Source: the human T2T-CHM13v2.0 reference genome, Homo sapiens
Assembly (NCBI RefSeq): GCF_009914755.1
Contig: NC_060925.1
Reading direction: 5' to 3' (one strand)
DNA: 64,000 nucleotides
Part shown: one piece after another, positions 12,507 to 24,639 of the stretch
Layout of the letters: each line of letters opens with the position of its first letter
Position numbering within the stretch: position 1 is the first letter of the stretch
Translations under genes and position numbers: made by a program
The notes under the pieces: generated by a model
Databases searched by the model: none
The model's input: only the letters and a program-made list of their open reading frames with translations
What the model was told of the DNA's origin: nothing

Positions 12507-13607
12507 GAAGAGTTTTAGAGTTTGCACAAAAGTTGTGGAATTTATACAGACCATTTGAAATGCCTAGACAGTTTTATTTAACATGAATTTTGGGTATACA
12601 CTTCTTTTGTTTTCTACTTGCTTTTAGTTTTGAGTGAATTAGATTCTGGTTGTTTTTTTTAGGATTTTATGATGGTGCAGTGAATGCTGAAGATGCTGTG
12701 CCACCCATATCCCCTTGGCCTGTCTGAGTAGTGACTTCACACAGTGTCCCTGTGAGCTTATTGCTTCCTGAGTCTCTCTGCCTGAGGCCATTCTCAAGCC
12801 AGGGGTCTGAGCTTGGCTTGCCTGGGCATGCCAGGAGCGCAAGCCAAGGAGCAACCCTAGGAGTGGTCCTCGAGTTATGTATGAGAAAAGGAAATTTGTA
12901 AGAACTTCAGCTTTCTTTCCTTTTATGAGGTGACTGAGTTGTGTCCTGGAAATTCTATTAGATGATAGCCAGTGGACATGGATTCCAGTTTCCCCAAAGA
13001 GTAATCTGCTTGTAAAAGGAGGTTTTATGAATTTTCTCCTTTCCATGTCTAACTTCTTCACTCCCACATTTTGCTTCCTATGCCAGTTATTAATTCATTG
13101 CTGCCTCTCAACTCCAAATCTACCCTTTATTTCCTGCTCTATGATAATGAAGCTGGACCCTGTAAAATTCTCCCTCCACTAGCTGGCACAATGTTAAGCT
13201 TTCTCAGTAGAGGGTGGTGGAGAGAGAGAGAGAGAGACAGAGAGAGGCAAATGAGAGAGAGATACTCTGATGAGGCCATGATTTTTCTCCTCCTGATTTC
13301 AGCATGCCCCTCTAGGCAAGCTACAGCAGCACATGAAGCTTGCACATACCTGGCAGCCACCTCTCCATGAGCAGCTTCTCCTTGCACACTCTTTAGGTGC
13401 TTTTGAGGCATGGTGCCTCCAGCACAGCACCTTCCATGAATGATTTCCATGTCAGCCCCTGTAACAACTTCACAGTAAAGTGATATTGGCACCCCTCCAT
13501 GGGGATGACCTCCCTTGGTTCTCCTTGGACACCTACACAACCTCAATGAACTCATTGAGCCAGAGCTGCATCCTATTCAGCAAGGTCTGGACCTTAGCCC
13601 TGGTGAG

Positions 13608-13610
<3 letters not shown>

Positions 13611-13662
<52 letters not shown>
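13611..13662. repeat. (TG)26 microsatellite
   Basis: Uninterrupted TG run. Confidence 0.97.
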
Positions 13663-13663
<1 letters not shown>

Positions 13664-14329
13664 TGCAGGAGCAGTGGCCCTCTACTAGAGGACCTTCCAT
13701 GGCACTCTATCTCAGCCTTAGAGATAGTTCCTCCTCCTTATATCTTCTATTCCTATGTTCTTTGTCTAAAGATAGTTATGAACATTGACTTATAACTGAT
13801 TAAACAAAGCAATGATGTAAGGAATTATGTACTAGCTGAAAGTCAATGAGTGCTATAGGGATTAGGAGATAAAAGAAGCATCAGAGTAATAGGATTGAGT
13901 CTGAATACACTGATTTGGACCAGAGAAATCATATAAAGAAGTGGGTAAAGAGCAAGTATCTCTTTACTCCTTACTAGCTTATCTCTTACTCCAATCTCAT
14001 AGTTAATATTTCTTAATATGAAATCTTCTGATATGGTTTGGATCTGTGTCACTGCCCAAATTTCATGATGGACAGTAATCCCCAAGGTTGGAGGTAGGGC
14101 CTGGTGGGAGGTGATTAGATCGTGCGGGCGGTTTCTCATGAATGGTCTAGTACCATCCCTTTGGTGCTATTCTTGTGATAGAGTTCTTGTGAGATCTGGT
14201 TGTTTAAAGATTTGTAGCACCTTCCCCCTACTCTGGCCATTTGAAGTGCCACACCCTCTCTTTGCCTTCTGCCATGATTAGAAGCTTCCTGAGGCTTCCC
14301 CAGAAGGAGAAGCTGTACAGCCTGCCAAA

Positions 14330-14458
14330 CTTCTTTCTCTCTTTCCCTTTCTTTCTTTCTCCTTCTTCCTTTCTTCCTTTCTTTCTTTCTTTCTTCTTTC
14401 TTTCCTTCCTCCTTCCTTCCTTTCTCTCTTTCCTTTCCTTTCCCTCCCTTCCTTTCTT

Positions 14459-14495
<37 letters not shown>

Positions 14496-14595
14496 CTTTC
14501 CTTCCTTCCTTCCTTTCTTCTTCTCTCCTTCTCTCTCTTTCATTTGTTCATTCGTTCATTCATTCGTTCTTTCCCTTTCTTTTCTTTCTTTTTTT
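14330..14595. repeat. Compound polypyrimidine microsatellite (CTTT/CCTT/CT/TTCA), expanded Alu tail
   Basis: About 265 bp of nearly pure C/T directly abutting the AluJ 3' end. Confidence 0.95.
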
Positions 14596-14926
<331 letters not shown>

Positions 14927-15299
14927 TAGCAGTGCAAGAACGGACTAATACATCTTCCACGTTCAAATTTCTGGGTAGTTCCTATGTCTTAACTGGACCC
15001 AGATTTATACATCTCCCAAATAAATTACTTGCATTCGGATCTCTGTCTTAGGGTCTGCTTTTAGGGGAATCCAAATTAAAACTGTGGTTTTAGTAGAGGC
15101 ATTAGAAAAGACTCTCTGGATGATAATCTGGAATTGGGTTGCCTGCTGATCGCATGGAAACAAGGGTCCCGTTTCTGGTGACAAATGGAATATTATTGGC
15201 CATGTGTGATGTGGTATCATAATCATATAGATTCTCATCCCTGGTGAATTGGGATGAGGGACAGGGAAGAGAAAGCTCTGACTTTTAATAGCTCTATCA

Positions 15300-15490
15300 C
15301 ACTGGTTCCCAAAGTGTGGTGTCTGAACCACCAGCACTACCATCATGTGAGAACTTGGTAGAAATGCCAGTTCTCAAACACCATCCCAGACTTGCTGAAT
15401 CAGAGACTCAGGGGTTGAGGTCCAGAAATCTGTGTTTTAAAAAGCCCTTCAGATGATTCTGATGCATTGTAAAGCTTAACAGTCAATTCT
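15300..15490 (+). mobile_element. MER5A (hAT-Charlie MITE)
   Basis: CACTGGTTCCCAAAGTGTGG...GAATCAGAGACTC...GATTCTGATGCA. Confidence 0.85.
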
Positions 15491-15852
15491 CCCTAACTTA
15501 AAAAGTATGAGAATAAATATAAAAATTGTACAACAGATTGACTTTTTATAACTGACATAAAAGCCTTGCAGAAAAAGAATGACAGCTTAGGTCAAACAAC
15601 TATCTACTCAGGGCTGTAAAGGCAGAAAGCTTTCATGGCAGCGGTTGAGACCCTCTACTGCAGATGAAGTATAACATGTGCTAAAAATTAGGCCCACCAT
15701 TTGATTATAAGAAAGGTGGAATTACTAACAAATCTAAATTCACAGCTCCAGAAAATCTATGCCAAAGTCAGGGCCATAGTAGAGAAGTGAGACACTGGGA
15801 CCTCAGCTGAGACATTTAATATGTAGATATGCTATAGAACTTTCAATCCCTA

Positions 15853-16211
15853 TGTTATGTATTGAATGTTTGTGTCCTCACCAGATTCATGTGTGAAGTC
15901 CAAATCCCCACTGTAAAGGCATGTTGAGGTAGGGCCTTTGGGAGATAATTAGGTCATGAGGTAGAGCCCTCATGAATGTGATTAGTGTCCTTAGAAGAAG
16001 AGATGGGACAGCTTTCTCTACCTTTCTGCTCTCTGCCATGCAATGATAAAATGAGAAGAGCCTGCAAACCAGAAAGAGTGACCTCACTAGACACTAGATC
16101 TTCCAGAGCCTTAATCTTGGACTTACCACTTTCCAGAGCTGTGATAAATAAATGTTTGTTGTTTAAGCCACCTAGTCTATGACACTTTTGTTCTAGAAGT
16201 CCAAGCTGACT
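15853..16211 (+). mobile_element. MLT1A0-like MaLR solo LTR
   Basis: TGTTATGTATTGAATGTTTGTGTCC...GGTCATGAGG...GCCCTCATGAATG...AAATAAATGTTTGTTGTTTAAGCCACC. Confidence 0.85.
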
Positions 16212-16689
16212 GCCTACCTCTCTCAAGATTGCAAGAGGAGAGCATTGACCTCCTTGCTTGGAAACCACTCCAAAGTCTCATCTAAGGTCAATGTGTGACA
16301 GAGGATGTTTATCCTCTTCAAGCTCTGTGAAGAATTACTTGCCTCCCCCTAGTAATTCTGGATCACTAGCATCAAGCCTTATCCTGGCCTAACTGGTATG
16401 AATTATTCACCAAAAAAAGCTGAAGCATTTATAATATTTAATGGCACTTAATAAGATAACATTTATGTTATCTTATGAAGGTGATCCTAGAGTGTTGCAC
16501 TGAGAAGCATTTGAAATATAAGGCAAGACAGGGAAGATTTATTAAAAATAGGGCAATCTTCTGTGATTTATGATTTAATATCCTCACAGGGACATGGAGT
16601 GGCTCTTTGAAGTTTAGAGGCACAGATCGCCTATAATAAGTGGGGTAAAATACCAGAATTATATTGACTGAGTGTTGAGGAAGAGAATA

Positions 16690-17055
16690 GTAGACTTAGA
16701 CATGTGGACCTCTAGGAACAGGCACTATGCCTATAGATCTTTGTGTCTTACATCAATGCTCACTAGAGTGCTTACTACAGAAGACCTGCTGGACAACCAA
16801 CTGGAGAGAATGATTCAATCAGTACGTGTAAGCCAGCTTCTGTCATTAGCCATGTTGGTGCTTGTACAATGGGCCCATGAACAGAATAAATACAGTGGAA
16901 GGAGGCTATCTGTGAACCCAACTGCTTACACTTCCTTTCACTAAGCCTGATGAGTATCAGAGACCATCACTGAGTCTTTAATAGTACCTTTAAGGGTACC
17001 ATTTCTTAAAGACACCAACCAGTTCTTTGGCAGCAAGTTAATTACTTCAAAACTT
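16690..17055 (+). pseudogene. ERVL pol remnant (RNase H end / integrase N-terminus)
   Basis: ORF 16672..16944 contains EDLLDNQLERMIQSVRVSQLLSLAMLVLVQWAHEQ, resembling ERVL 'EE.LNNQVDKM.R.VD.SQPLS.ATPV.AQWAHEQ'; downstream TGGCAGCAAGTTAATTAC resembles 'WWQVDY'. Confidence 0.7.
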
Positions 17056-17589
17056 ATGGAGAAAGCAACCTAGAGCAGTAAAAGTGTAGTTTGAGAGTGA
17101 GGGTATCCAAAATATTAGTAGAAGAAGGAAATAATGAGCCCTTATTATTGCCTTGGGATGAAATGCAGCAATAGGAAATGTACCAAACTTTCTGCACTAA
17201 CCCTCCTACTATGGAGTATGAAGCTCAGAATAGAGGGAGTCCTAAGTGCCAGAACAAGAAATTGGCATTTTATTTCTGGATGAATAAAAAAAAATACCAG
17301 ATGATAAGATAATCAGATGTGCAATTTGTATTGATAATCTTCACCCCCGAAAAAAGGTATTCCAAAACACACATACATGCACAACAAACCTAAGTACATG
17401 CACGACAAACATAAGTACATACACGCACACAAAGTATGATGGAATGTCAGAGACTAAAATTGAATGAATCAATCTATAAGGTAACTTTTCCTGAATAATT
17501 GCAATAATCAAATTTTTTTCTATGTTAATTTCCCTGGAGTATAATAAAATTTACAAATTTTAGGGCTCCTGGCTAAAATAATATTATGA

Positions 17590-17840
17590 AAATAATGTTA
17601 ACATATTTTGAATGCTTACTATAATCTAGACTCAATGCTAACACATTAATAACATTATCATTTGCAGTACTACAGATATTTCTGTGAGGTAAATAATACT
17701 ATTTCTATTTTATGGAGAAGAGAACAAAGGCTTAGAGAGGTTAAGGTTTGTGCAAGATCAGTTAGGAAGAAGCAAACTTACAGATTCAACTCAAGTTCTA
17801 TTTAACTCTGAAATTCATGCTGCTAACAATGGTGCCATAT
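17590..17840 (-). mobile_element. MIR SINE
   Basis: TGAATGCTTACTAT...GTGAGGTAAATAATACTATT...GGCTTAGAGAGGTTAAG. Confidence 0.75.
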
Positions 17841-17873
17841 TAGTCATCAATACTTTTCCCAAAAGAAGTGGTG

Positions 17874-18000
17874 AAAAAACACAGCACACTGATAATTTTA
17901 CTCTAATTTTCTATGTTGTCTTTCGAAGTGGCAAGACAAAAAACACAGCACACTGATAATTTTACTCTAATTTTCTATGTTGTCTTTCGAAGTGGCAAGA
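17874..18000. repeat. Perfect tandem duplication, period 64 bp (63 identical bases plus one junction base)
   Basis: AAAAAACACAGCACACTGATAATTTTACTCTAATTTTCTATGTTGTCTTTCGAAGTGGCAAGA at 17874-17936 and 17938-18000. Confidence 0.97.
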
Positions 18001-19307
18001 TTCAGACTATGAGCACTGGTACTTTGATTTGAAAAGGGTCATAAACGGAAAGCCTTATTTCTGTTATCCTATCTACAGTGTTTCAGGTAATTGCCAATAA
18101 TCCAAATAGAGGTTCTTGGCTGCTGCAGCTTATACTAATGATTAAATGAAGTATAATAAACACAAATTTAGTAGTCTATAGTGTTTGAGGGATAATGAAA
18201 GATATTATATTGCTTCTAAAGCAAAGGATCTACAATACAGTATTGCAAACCAAAATGTTAATTTATTTTTATGAAGAGGTTTAGGCTTAGAAGTAGGAAA
18301 ATGTTTCAATGAACCATAGGAGAGTTCATTTATAATAAGAGAACTGTCAAGTTTATAGTTAGGCTGCCTATATAATGTAAATCAAGAGTTGAGAAGTATT
18401 TTATTTTGAATTGCTTTTTAAGTCTGTTGAACTCCTGTTGGTTTATACACAAGATTTATGCCAACATGTTCTTTCCATCTCCATTTTCTGTGAAGGGAAT
18501 ATTAATCTTTGATTACCTCCATAATCATGGGAGAAGGAATAGTTTTCTGGGGTGTACAGCTAATCTTTGATTATTCATCCTACCAGCAAACACATTTCTA
18601 CATTTTAAAAGCTTTGAATTTACCTTATGTTAGAACTATGGAGAGCAGAGAGACATGGACTCTGCAGGATATTGGTAGTGCTCAACCATATTCAGACAAG
18701 CTGTCTTATCTTCTCTTTTCTCTGCTTCTCAAATCTAGGACCATCATATGCAATTCAGGTTGATCAAATTTCCATAAGGTCTAGTTTTTCTCCTATTATC
18801 CCTCAAACAAAAGTCAATCATTTCCCAGTTTTCTTTATTTTGTAAAAACTTATTATATTATTGGCAACTATTTAAGTAAAAAAGCATAGAACAATAATAC
18901 ATTTGAATTTGATTGCAGTCTATTCTCTCCAAAACTGGTTGGTACTTCTAACCAAGAAGCGTAGTTCATATACTCTTAACCATAGAGAGAAATTTTCTTC
19001 TTTAAAGCGTGATGGTGGCTTTACACAATAAATATTTGTTTTTCAATCATGTACATTCCAATTCTGGGTAGTGACTTTTCTAGGCTTTTGTGATCCAAAT
19101 GCTACTCATGATTTTGATCCCAATAGCTTAGGGATCAGCTTAGGGATCAGAGTGCTCCCATTAATTAGAACAATACAAATAATGTGATATAGAGAAATCT
19201 TGGAGGGCATGTATTTTAGCTAGAAAGACCACTTTCAATAGGCAACATTTGAGCTTTAAGAAAGAAAGATCTATCCCCTGACTCCCTTCCCCAAAATGGA
19301 AGAGAGA

Positions 19308-19812
19308 TACTTTCATTTTCATCTCTGATCTGTAAAGAGTGTGGAAGTTCTCACTCTTGTGCTTACAGCAACAACAACAAAAAAAGATGATCAAACTGAA
19401 AATCAACAACTTGTCTTGAACTCGTAGAAACTTGAGGTTGCAAAGCAAAATACCCTAAATCTGGAGACGTATGAATCCAGACAGTAAGAGCCAAGATTTG
19501 TCAACCTGAAGTGGAAGTCTCTGGTGCCATAAATTGGTATATATGGCAATTTTGACAATTTGCTGGAGTCTGAGTGTGAACTAGCTTCAGAATGAGAAAC
19601 TATTGGAGGCCACAGTGTTGGCAGAGCACGCTTTTGTAGATTTTACCACTGGAAAACCAGCCCCTTCTTCCTTAACCCCAGATTCTCACAGTGCAGATTC
19701 AAGAAAATACCCTTCTACCTGTAGCAGCAAAAGAAGACTACTCATCATGAAATATACCTAGAGATTTCTCCATAACAAAGGCCTGCTATCAAGGCGGGGG
19801 GAGGACAAAACT
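19308..19812 (+). mobile_element. Ancient L1 5' UTR fragment (L1MC/L1MD-type 5' end)
   Basis: AAACTGAAAATCAACAACT...TTGCTGGAGTCTGAGTGTGAACTAGCTT resembles L1MCa/MDa 5'-end motifs. Confidence 0.6.
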
Positions 19813-20908
19813 GGTAAATAATGATGTACTTGATTAGCCAATTTTATTGCTCCCTTTTTATATTATACTAATATTTTTTTAGATTCATAGGACCTTATAT
19901 TTTATTATACCATATTCAAAAAGGAACTCATGAAACTTCTTCACCAAGCTATGAAATTTGATGTTCATAATAGAAAGACACTAGTAAACAAATGAAGAAA
20001 CTATCTGGAAAACAACAACAGCAGTGCCATATAGGAACTTCAGTGTGATGGATATAACTAAAATTGGTGAATTTTTGAAAGTAATGGAAGAATTTATACA
20101 ATAAATTTTGATAATTTTTTGGAAGAGTAAGGAGTCTGTCTTCTATAGAAAAAAAAAGCAAGCATTTACATAATTCCATTTCCAAAGCTTCTAATCTAAT
20201 CATGAACTTCAGTAACATTTCTCATTTAGTAGTAGAGGGCACAATTAATCAATTAGTTGAATTTTTAAAAATGAAAGTACCAGATTGTTGAAATGTATTT
20301 TCAAATGTTTTTTCAAATGTAAGTGAAAGGAAAACTGTCTGAAAATGATTACATAGCATTATATTTTTAAAGTGAAATATTAGAAAACATACTTATTGCC
20401 AAATGTTTGAAATGAGGACTGTCTTCTCAAATTAATTCTTAAAGTAGTAGGATATTAAAATTATGAGCTTTTTGGGAAAACTAGAAGGAAACACTTCAAG
20501 GTCATTATATTCAATAAGTGAAATAGGATCTGAAAAGTGAAATCAGAAAACCTCATTGTCAATTAAATAATCTTAAAGCCTGAGGATCAACCTTAGTCTG
20601 GGAGTCAATTTCAGGCCAAAAATTATAGCAATTCAATCAAAGAAAATCTATAAAGTTTTCAGATTCTACAGGCAAGGAAGACAACATTTGGATCACAAAT
20701 GCTGTCTAATGAGTCTTTACTAGGGATGTGCCAAGCCAGGTAAAAAAATCTTACTGGTCCGTATTAAATACACTGTCTAAATTACACACACATACACGTG
20801 AACGCACACAGTGAAGACAACATTCATTTACCAAAAATCTTTATGTTATGGGGTTTATGCCTGTGATTATCAAGCATTTTCTTAGCAATTTTCTGAATTG
20901 GTGTAAGT

Positions 20909-21196
20909 CAGAGGTCAGCATCCTTTTTCTGTAAATCTTTGTGGACCATGTGCCTGTGATCTCTGTCAAAGCAGCCAGACAATGCATGAACAAGAAAAGT
21001 GTGTCTGTGGCAATAAAGCTTTTATTTATAGACACTGAAATTTGAATTTTATGTAATTCTCATATTTTATAAAATATTTTTTTCTTTTGACTTTTTTCAA
21101 CTTTTAAAAAATATAAAAACCATTCTTAGCTTGATAGCCACACGAAAGCTGGAGTTGGACCAGATTTGACATACAGGGAAAGTTTGTAGACCACTA
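20909..21196 (+). mobile_element. MER58B-like hAT-Charlie MITE
   Basis: CAGAGGTCAGCA...TTTTTCTGTAAA...GACACTGAAATTTGAATTT...AAAACCATTCTTAGCT...AGTTTGTAGACCACTA. Confidence 0.8.
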
Positions 21197-22419
21197 CGCT
21201 ATACCATCTTTCTTATCAGAGCTGTGTGTGAGTGTGTGTGTGTATGTGTGTGTATGACATCTGTAATGCACTATATTGCTATGGTTGCTATTGTCCCGTA
21301 TTCACCTTCCATTGATTTTAGACTCTTTTATGTGGATGAGCAAGATTCAGTTATTTGGCATTAATAAGAAGAGAAATAGGAGGAGTTTACTGTATGAGCT
21401 CATGAACGGTTCATTCCTTGCTCCAATATTGTCTTTTCTCTCATACAAAAAACTCTTACCAAGAGAAACTCTTACCTGAGAAACAAACATATATTGCTAA
21501 CCTGGAAGAGTTAGAAGGCAGTGTCTTTTAGCATTATTCTTCAGTGTTACAGTGGTCACAGAATATTTCACTTCTGTTTTTTTCTGATGTTGCCTCTGAT
21601 GTCTGGCATAGAATGAGAGGTTTCTACATAAGACCCAGGAGACATATCAGGGACTTAGACCTAATTGAGTTGACTTAATCAAAGTGTCTGGTTATCCAGA
21701 TTCACATAAATAGAAACTTTTTAAGTGCATAAAAGTAAGCCTCATTTGATACTTTAACCTAAAATGCCATTGTTAAATTGTGTGTTTTTTTATTAAGTAG
21801 CTTTACTAAAAATAAGACTCAGAAATGCTCTTCACTTTCTGGAAACCATCACTGCCTTCTTCTGAATTGTGACAGTGGTCCCTCTAGGGATATGTGGTAA
21901 AATTATCAAGTTTTTACATAGATGAAAATTTGACCCATAAGGGGTACGCACATGCTTTGTGATGCATGGAAAATCTAGTGTTAATTAGAGCTCATTTTTC
22001 AACTCCTTCTAGGATTCCTAGATAGTAGATAGTAAAGTAACAATGATACAAATAACATCATTTAACATAAAAAATAATGTTTTATTTGGATTGTAGTTGG
22101 CAACAATATATCCTAAAAATATTAAAATGTTACATGTTTATGGGGGTGGGGGGAAATATGAGAAAGAAGGATACTATAACTAGGAAAAATAATTTTAAAA
22201 TGTGCACTCCTGTGGGACAAAAGGTAATGAGATTTCCTGTGATAGATTGTATTATTGCTAACAAAATAAAGTTTGCTATCCCTCCCTGGGAATATTATAC
22301 ATTTCATTTCCATTTATGTCAGGCTAGGCCACAAAACTTACTTTGCCCAGTGAAAGGTTAGAACCTGAGAAGATGTAAGAACCAATGCATGGTTAACCAA
22401 AAATTTTTTCCTTTTCCTG

Positions 22420-22592
22420 TTAAGATGACAAGCAATAGTAGCCAGAATCCTGGAGTGAATAGACATGGAGAAGAGCTGCCTTTTCTTCTCAACTGACAAG
22501 TCACGTGGGTAAGAAATTAACCTACTTTTGTTGTAAGCCAATACAATTTTGGGATTGTTACTGCAGCCTAACCTACCCTTTACTTACTGATA
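22420..22592 (+). mobile_element. MLT1 (H/J-like) LTR 3' fragment
   Basis: AGAAATTAACCT...TAAGCCA...TTGTTACTGCAGCCTAACCT...ACTGATA. Confidence 0.55.
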
Positions 22593-23299
22593 GACTTTCT
22601 ACAAGGTGCAACAGATTTCATCCCTGTTTTTTAAAGCAGCAACTAGATGACTCAATGTTCTAAATACTACATAAGGGGCTTTTTTGAAGGGCTCCCTTGG
22701 TTAAACAGTTAATAATATCCCCACTCTACAAGAGTACAGTCAATAGTTTCTTCAGTCAGGGCTAGAAAATCTTGGCTACAATGAGTAAATAAGGTCTGTC
22801 CTGTCCATGTGACAATGTACAATTGTGACAATAAAGAAAACAATACACACTAGAGAATGAAAAGTGCATATAGCTAAATGATCAAGGTATCTAAAACATA
22901 ATCATATAAACTAGAATATGATGTAGCGAGGTTCAGATATTAATTTTTTTTTTTCCTCACTCAACAGTTTTGATGTTTTTTTGTTTGGTTAGCTTGTTGT
23001 TTGTTACTACAGCTTGGGTCTCTTCCAGTCTTTCATTGTTCAGGTTCTATGGATATTCTTCATGATGTTGTGTACTATTTTTTTCCATAAGTTTCTATTC
23101 CAATATATAACTTTTTTTCTTTGCAGAAAATTCTGCATCTTTCCATTTAGAATTGCTCAAAGTGAACTTTAAATTTAATGATTATCATCTATATTGAAGG
23201 TAGTTTTCTTTTCAAATGGTCTTAAAATTACCAGATGCTAGTTCTTGTCACTAAGAAATAGCTTCTCTTGTCATGAAGTGAAGCTCTGCTTAATAATAA

Positions 23300-23540
23300 A
23301 AGTGATGATGATAACAATGATGATAATGACTGTCATTTATTTTGACCCACCAAGTCTCAGGAAGTAGAAAATATTTGGTATTTTATAAAAATTATCTCAT
23401 TTAGGCCTCTCAAAATCCATACAAAATAGTTGCTATTTTCACTTTAAATTTAAGTAAACTGACAAGAAAATTTGCTTGCCTAGTGTCCCAAAACAAGTTT
23501 CAAAGTCCCTTGTTCTTCTGCTAAGCTACATTATCTTCTC
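23300..23540 (-). mobile_element. MIR SINE
   Basis: Degenerate antisense MIR (TCATTTATT...ATCTCATTTA...AAACTGA...TTGCCTA). Confidence 0.5.
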
Positions 23541-24309
23541 ACACTATTCTGTGCATCTGTCAGTCATCTGTCTCTCTATTGCATCCTGTGCTCTAGCAAT
23601 GGGAAATCTCTAATGAGAATGCTTCTTTAAAGCAAAATGTAATTATTGTTTGGCATCTGAGTGGAAAAAGATTACTTCTATTGGGTAGTAATTTGCTCAT
23701 CATGGCATTTCTTAGATAAGACCGTTAAACACCTTCCTGATTATATCAACCTTAATTTTATTATGCCATGCCCAGTATAATACAAGAGGAACTAATACTC
23801 ATCAGCAGGCTTAGAGAAATGATGAAGGAGCGGGAATAAAGCCAGCCAGTGTTAAGGTCTGGCCTCCAGGGAGAGGTAGCAACTCAGCTCTATTTTAGTC
23901 AGCTGTTTTTAATAGGATTATTTCTGAGGAGTTGGGTAGAGGATCTCTAAGCAAAGTGAGATGAGTAATAGAACAGTGCTTCTAACACCATTAAACTGGG
24001 TTGAAGGAAAGCCCAAGCTATTGGGTAGTGTTATGCAGATCAGGGACTAATTTGTTGAGAAAGGGGGAAAAATATATGCCAGAATAGGTGAGGCTCCAAC
24101 CAAAAGAATAGAGCAGAGCCTCAAGGGCAGCAGCGTAAATCAATCATCACTTAGTAAACTAAACATAGGGTTATTGGTGACAAAGCTCAATAGACACATG
24201 AAAGCCAAATGACCCACACTCTGTGCATCCACTAGGATTAGAACTATTAGACTAACTTCAGGTCATGAATGACTCCTGAAATCATTGGTTGGCAGAGATT
24301 CAAGGTTTA

Positions 24310-24460
24310 TGGTGAGATGCAACTGTAGGATAAAGATTTTGATTAGAAAGCCCAGATCTGCCTTTCACACACTGTGATCATGGGCAAGTTACTTAATTAC
24401 TCTAGGCCTCAATTTCCTCAATTGCAAAATGGCGATAATAGTAGCACACACCTCAAGAAT
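24310..24460 (+). mobile_element. MIR SINE
   Basis: CTGTGATCATGGGCAAGTTACTTAA...GCCTCAATTTCCTCAATTGCAAAATGG core. Confidence 0.8.
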
Positions 24461-24639
24461 TTCTTCTTTTTATTATTGTATAATAAACTGTTTGCTATTG
24501 AGTAAAGAAAAAAATACTGATGGATGAGCAATTGGTTCAAATTACTTGTACTAACCCTTTAAACATTAAGAAGCTCTGTAGAAGTTAAATTACTAGAGGG
24601 CATTTCCTGGAAATACAATGAGCTCAGAGGAATTAGAAT

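Larger units (their letters stand above)
15084..17190 (+). mobile_element. ERVL-class internal region (ERV3-16A3-like) following the LTR16 LTR; decayed and deleted gag/pol
   Basis: Leader-like sequence directly after the LTR; pol remnant at ~16690-17055; interrupted by MER5A and MLT1A0. Confidence 0.65.

Noticed and set aside
12639-13788. Overlapping 99-142 aa ORFs
   Set aside because: They lie within the LTR16C/LTR41 sequence and microsatellites.
17374-18000. Direct repeats as a CRISPR-like array
   Set aside because: Only head-to-tail duplications (21-bp and 64-bp periods) with no spacers or cas genes, in primate DNA.
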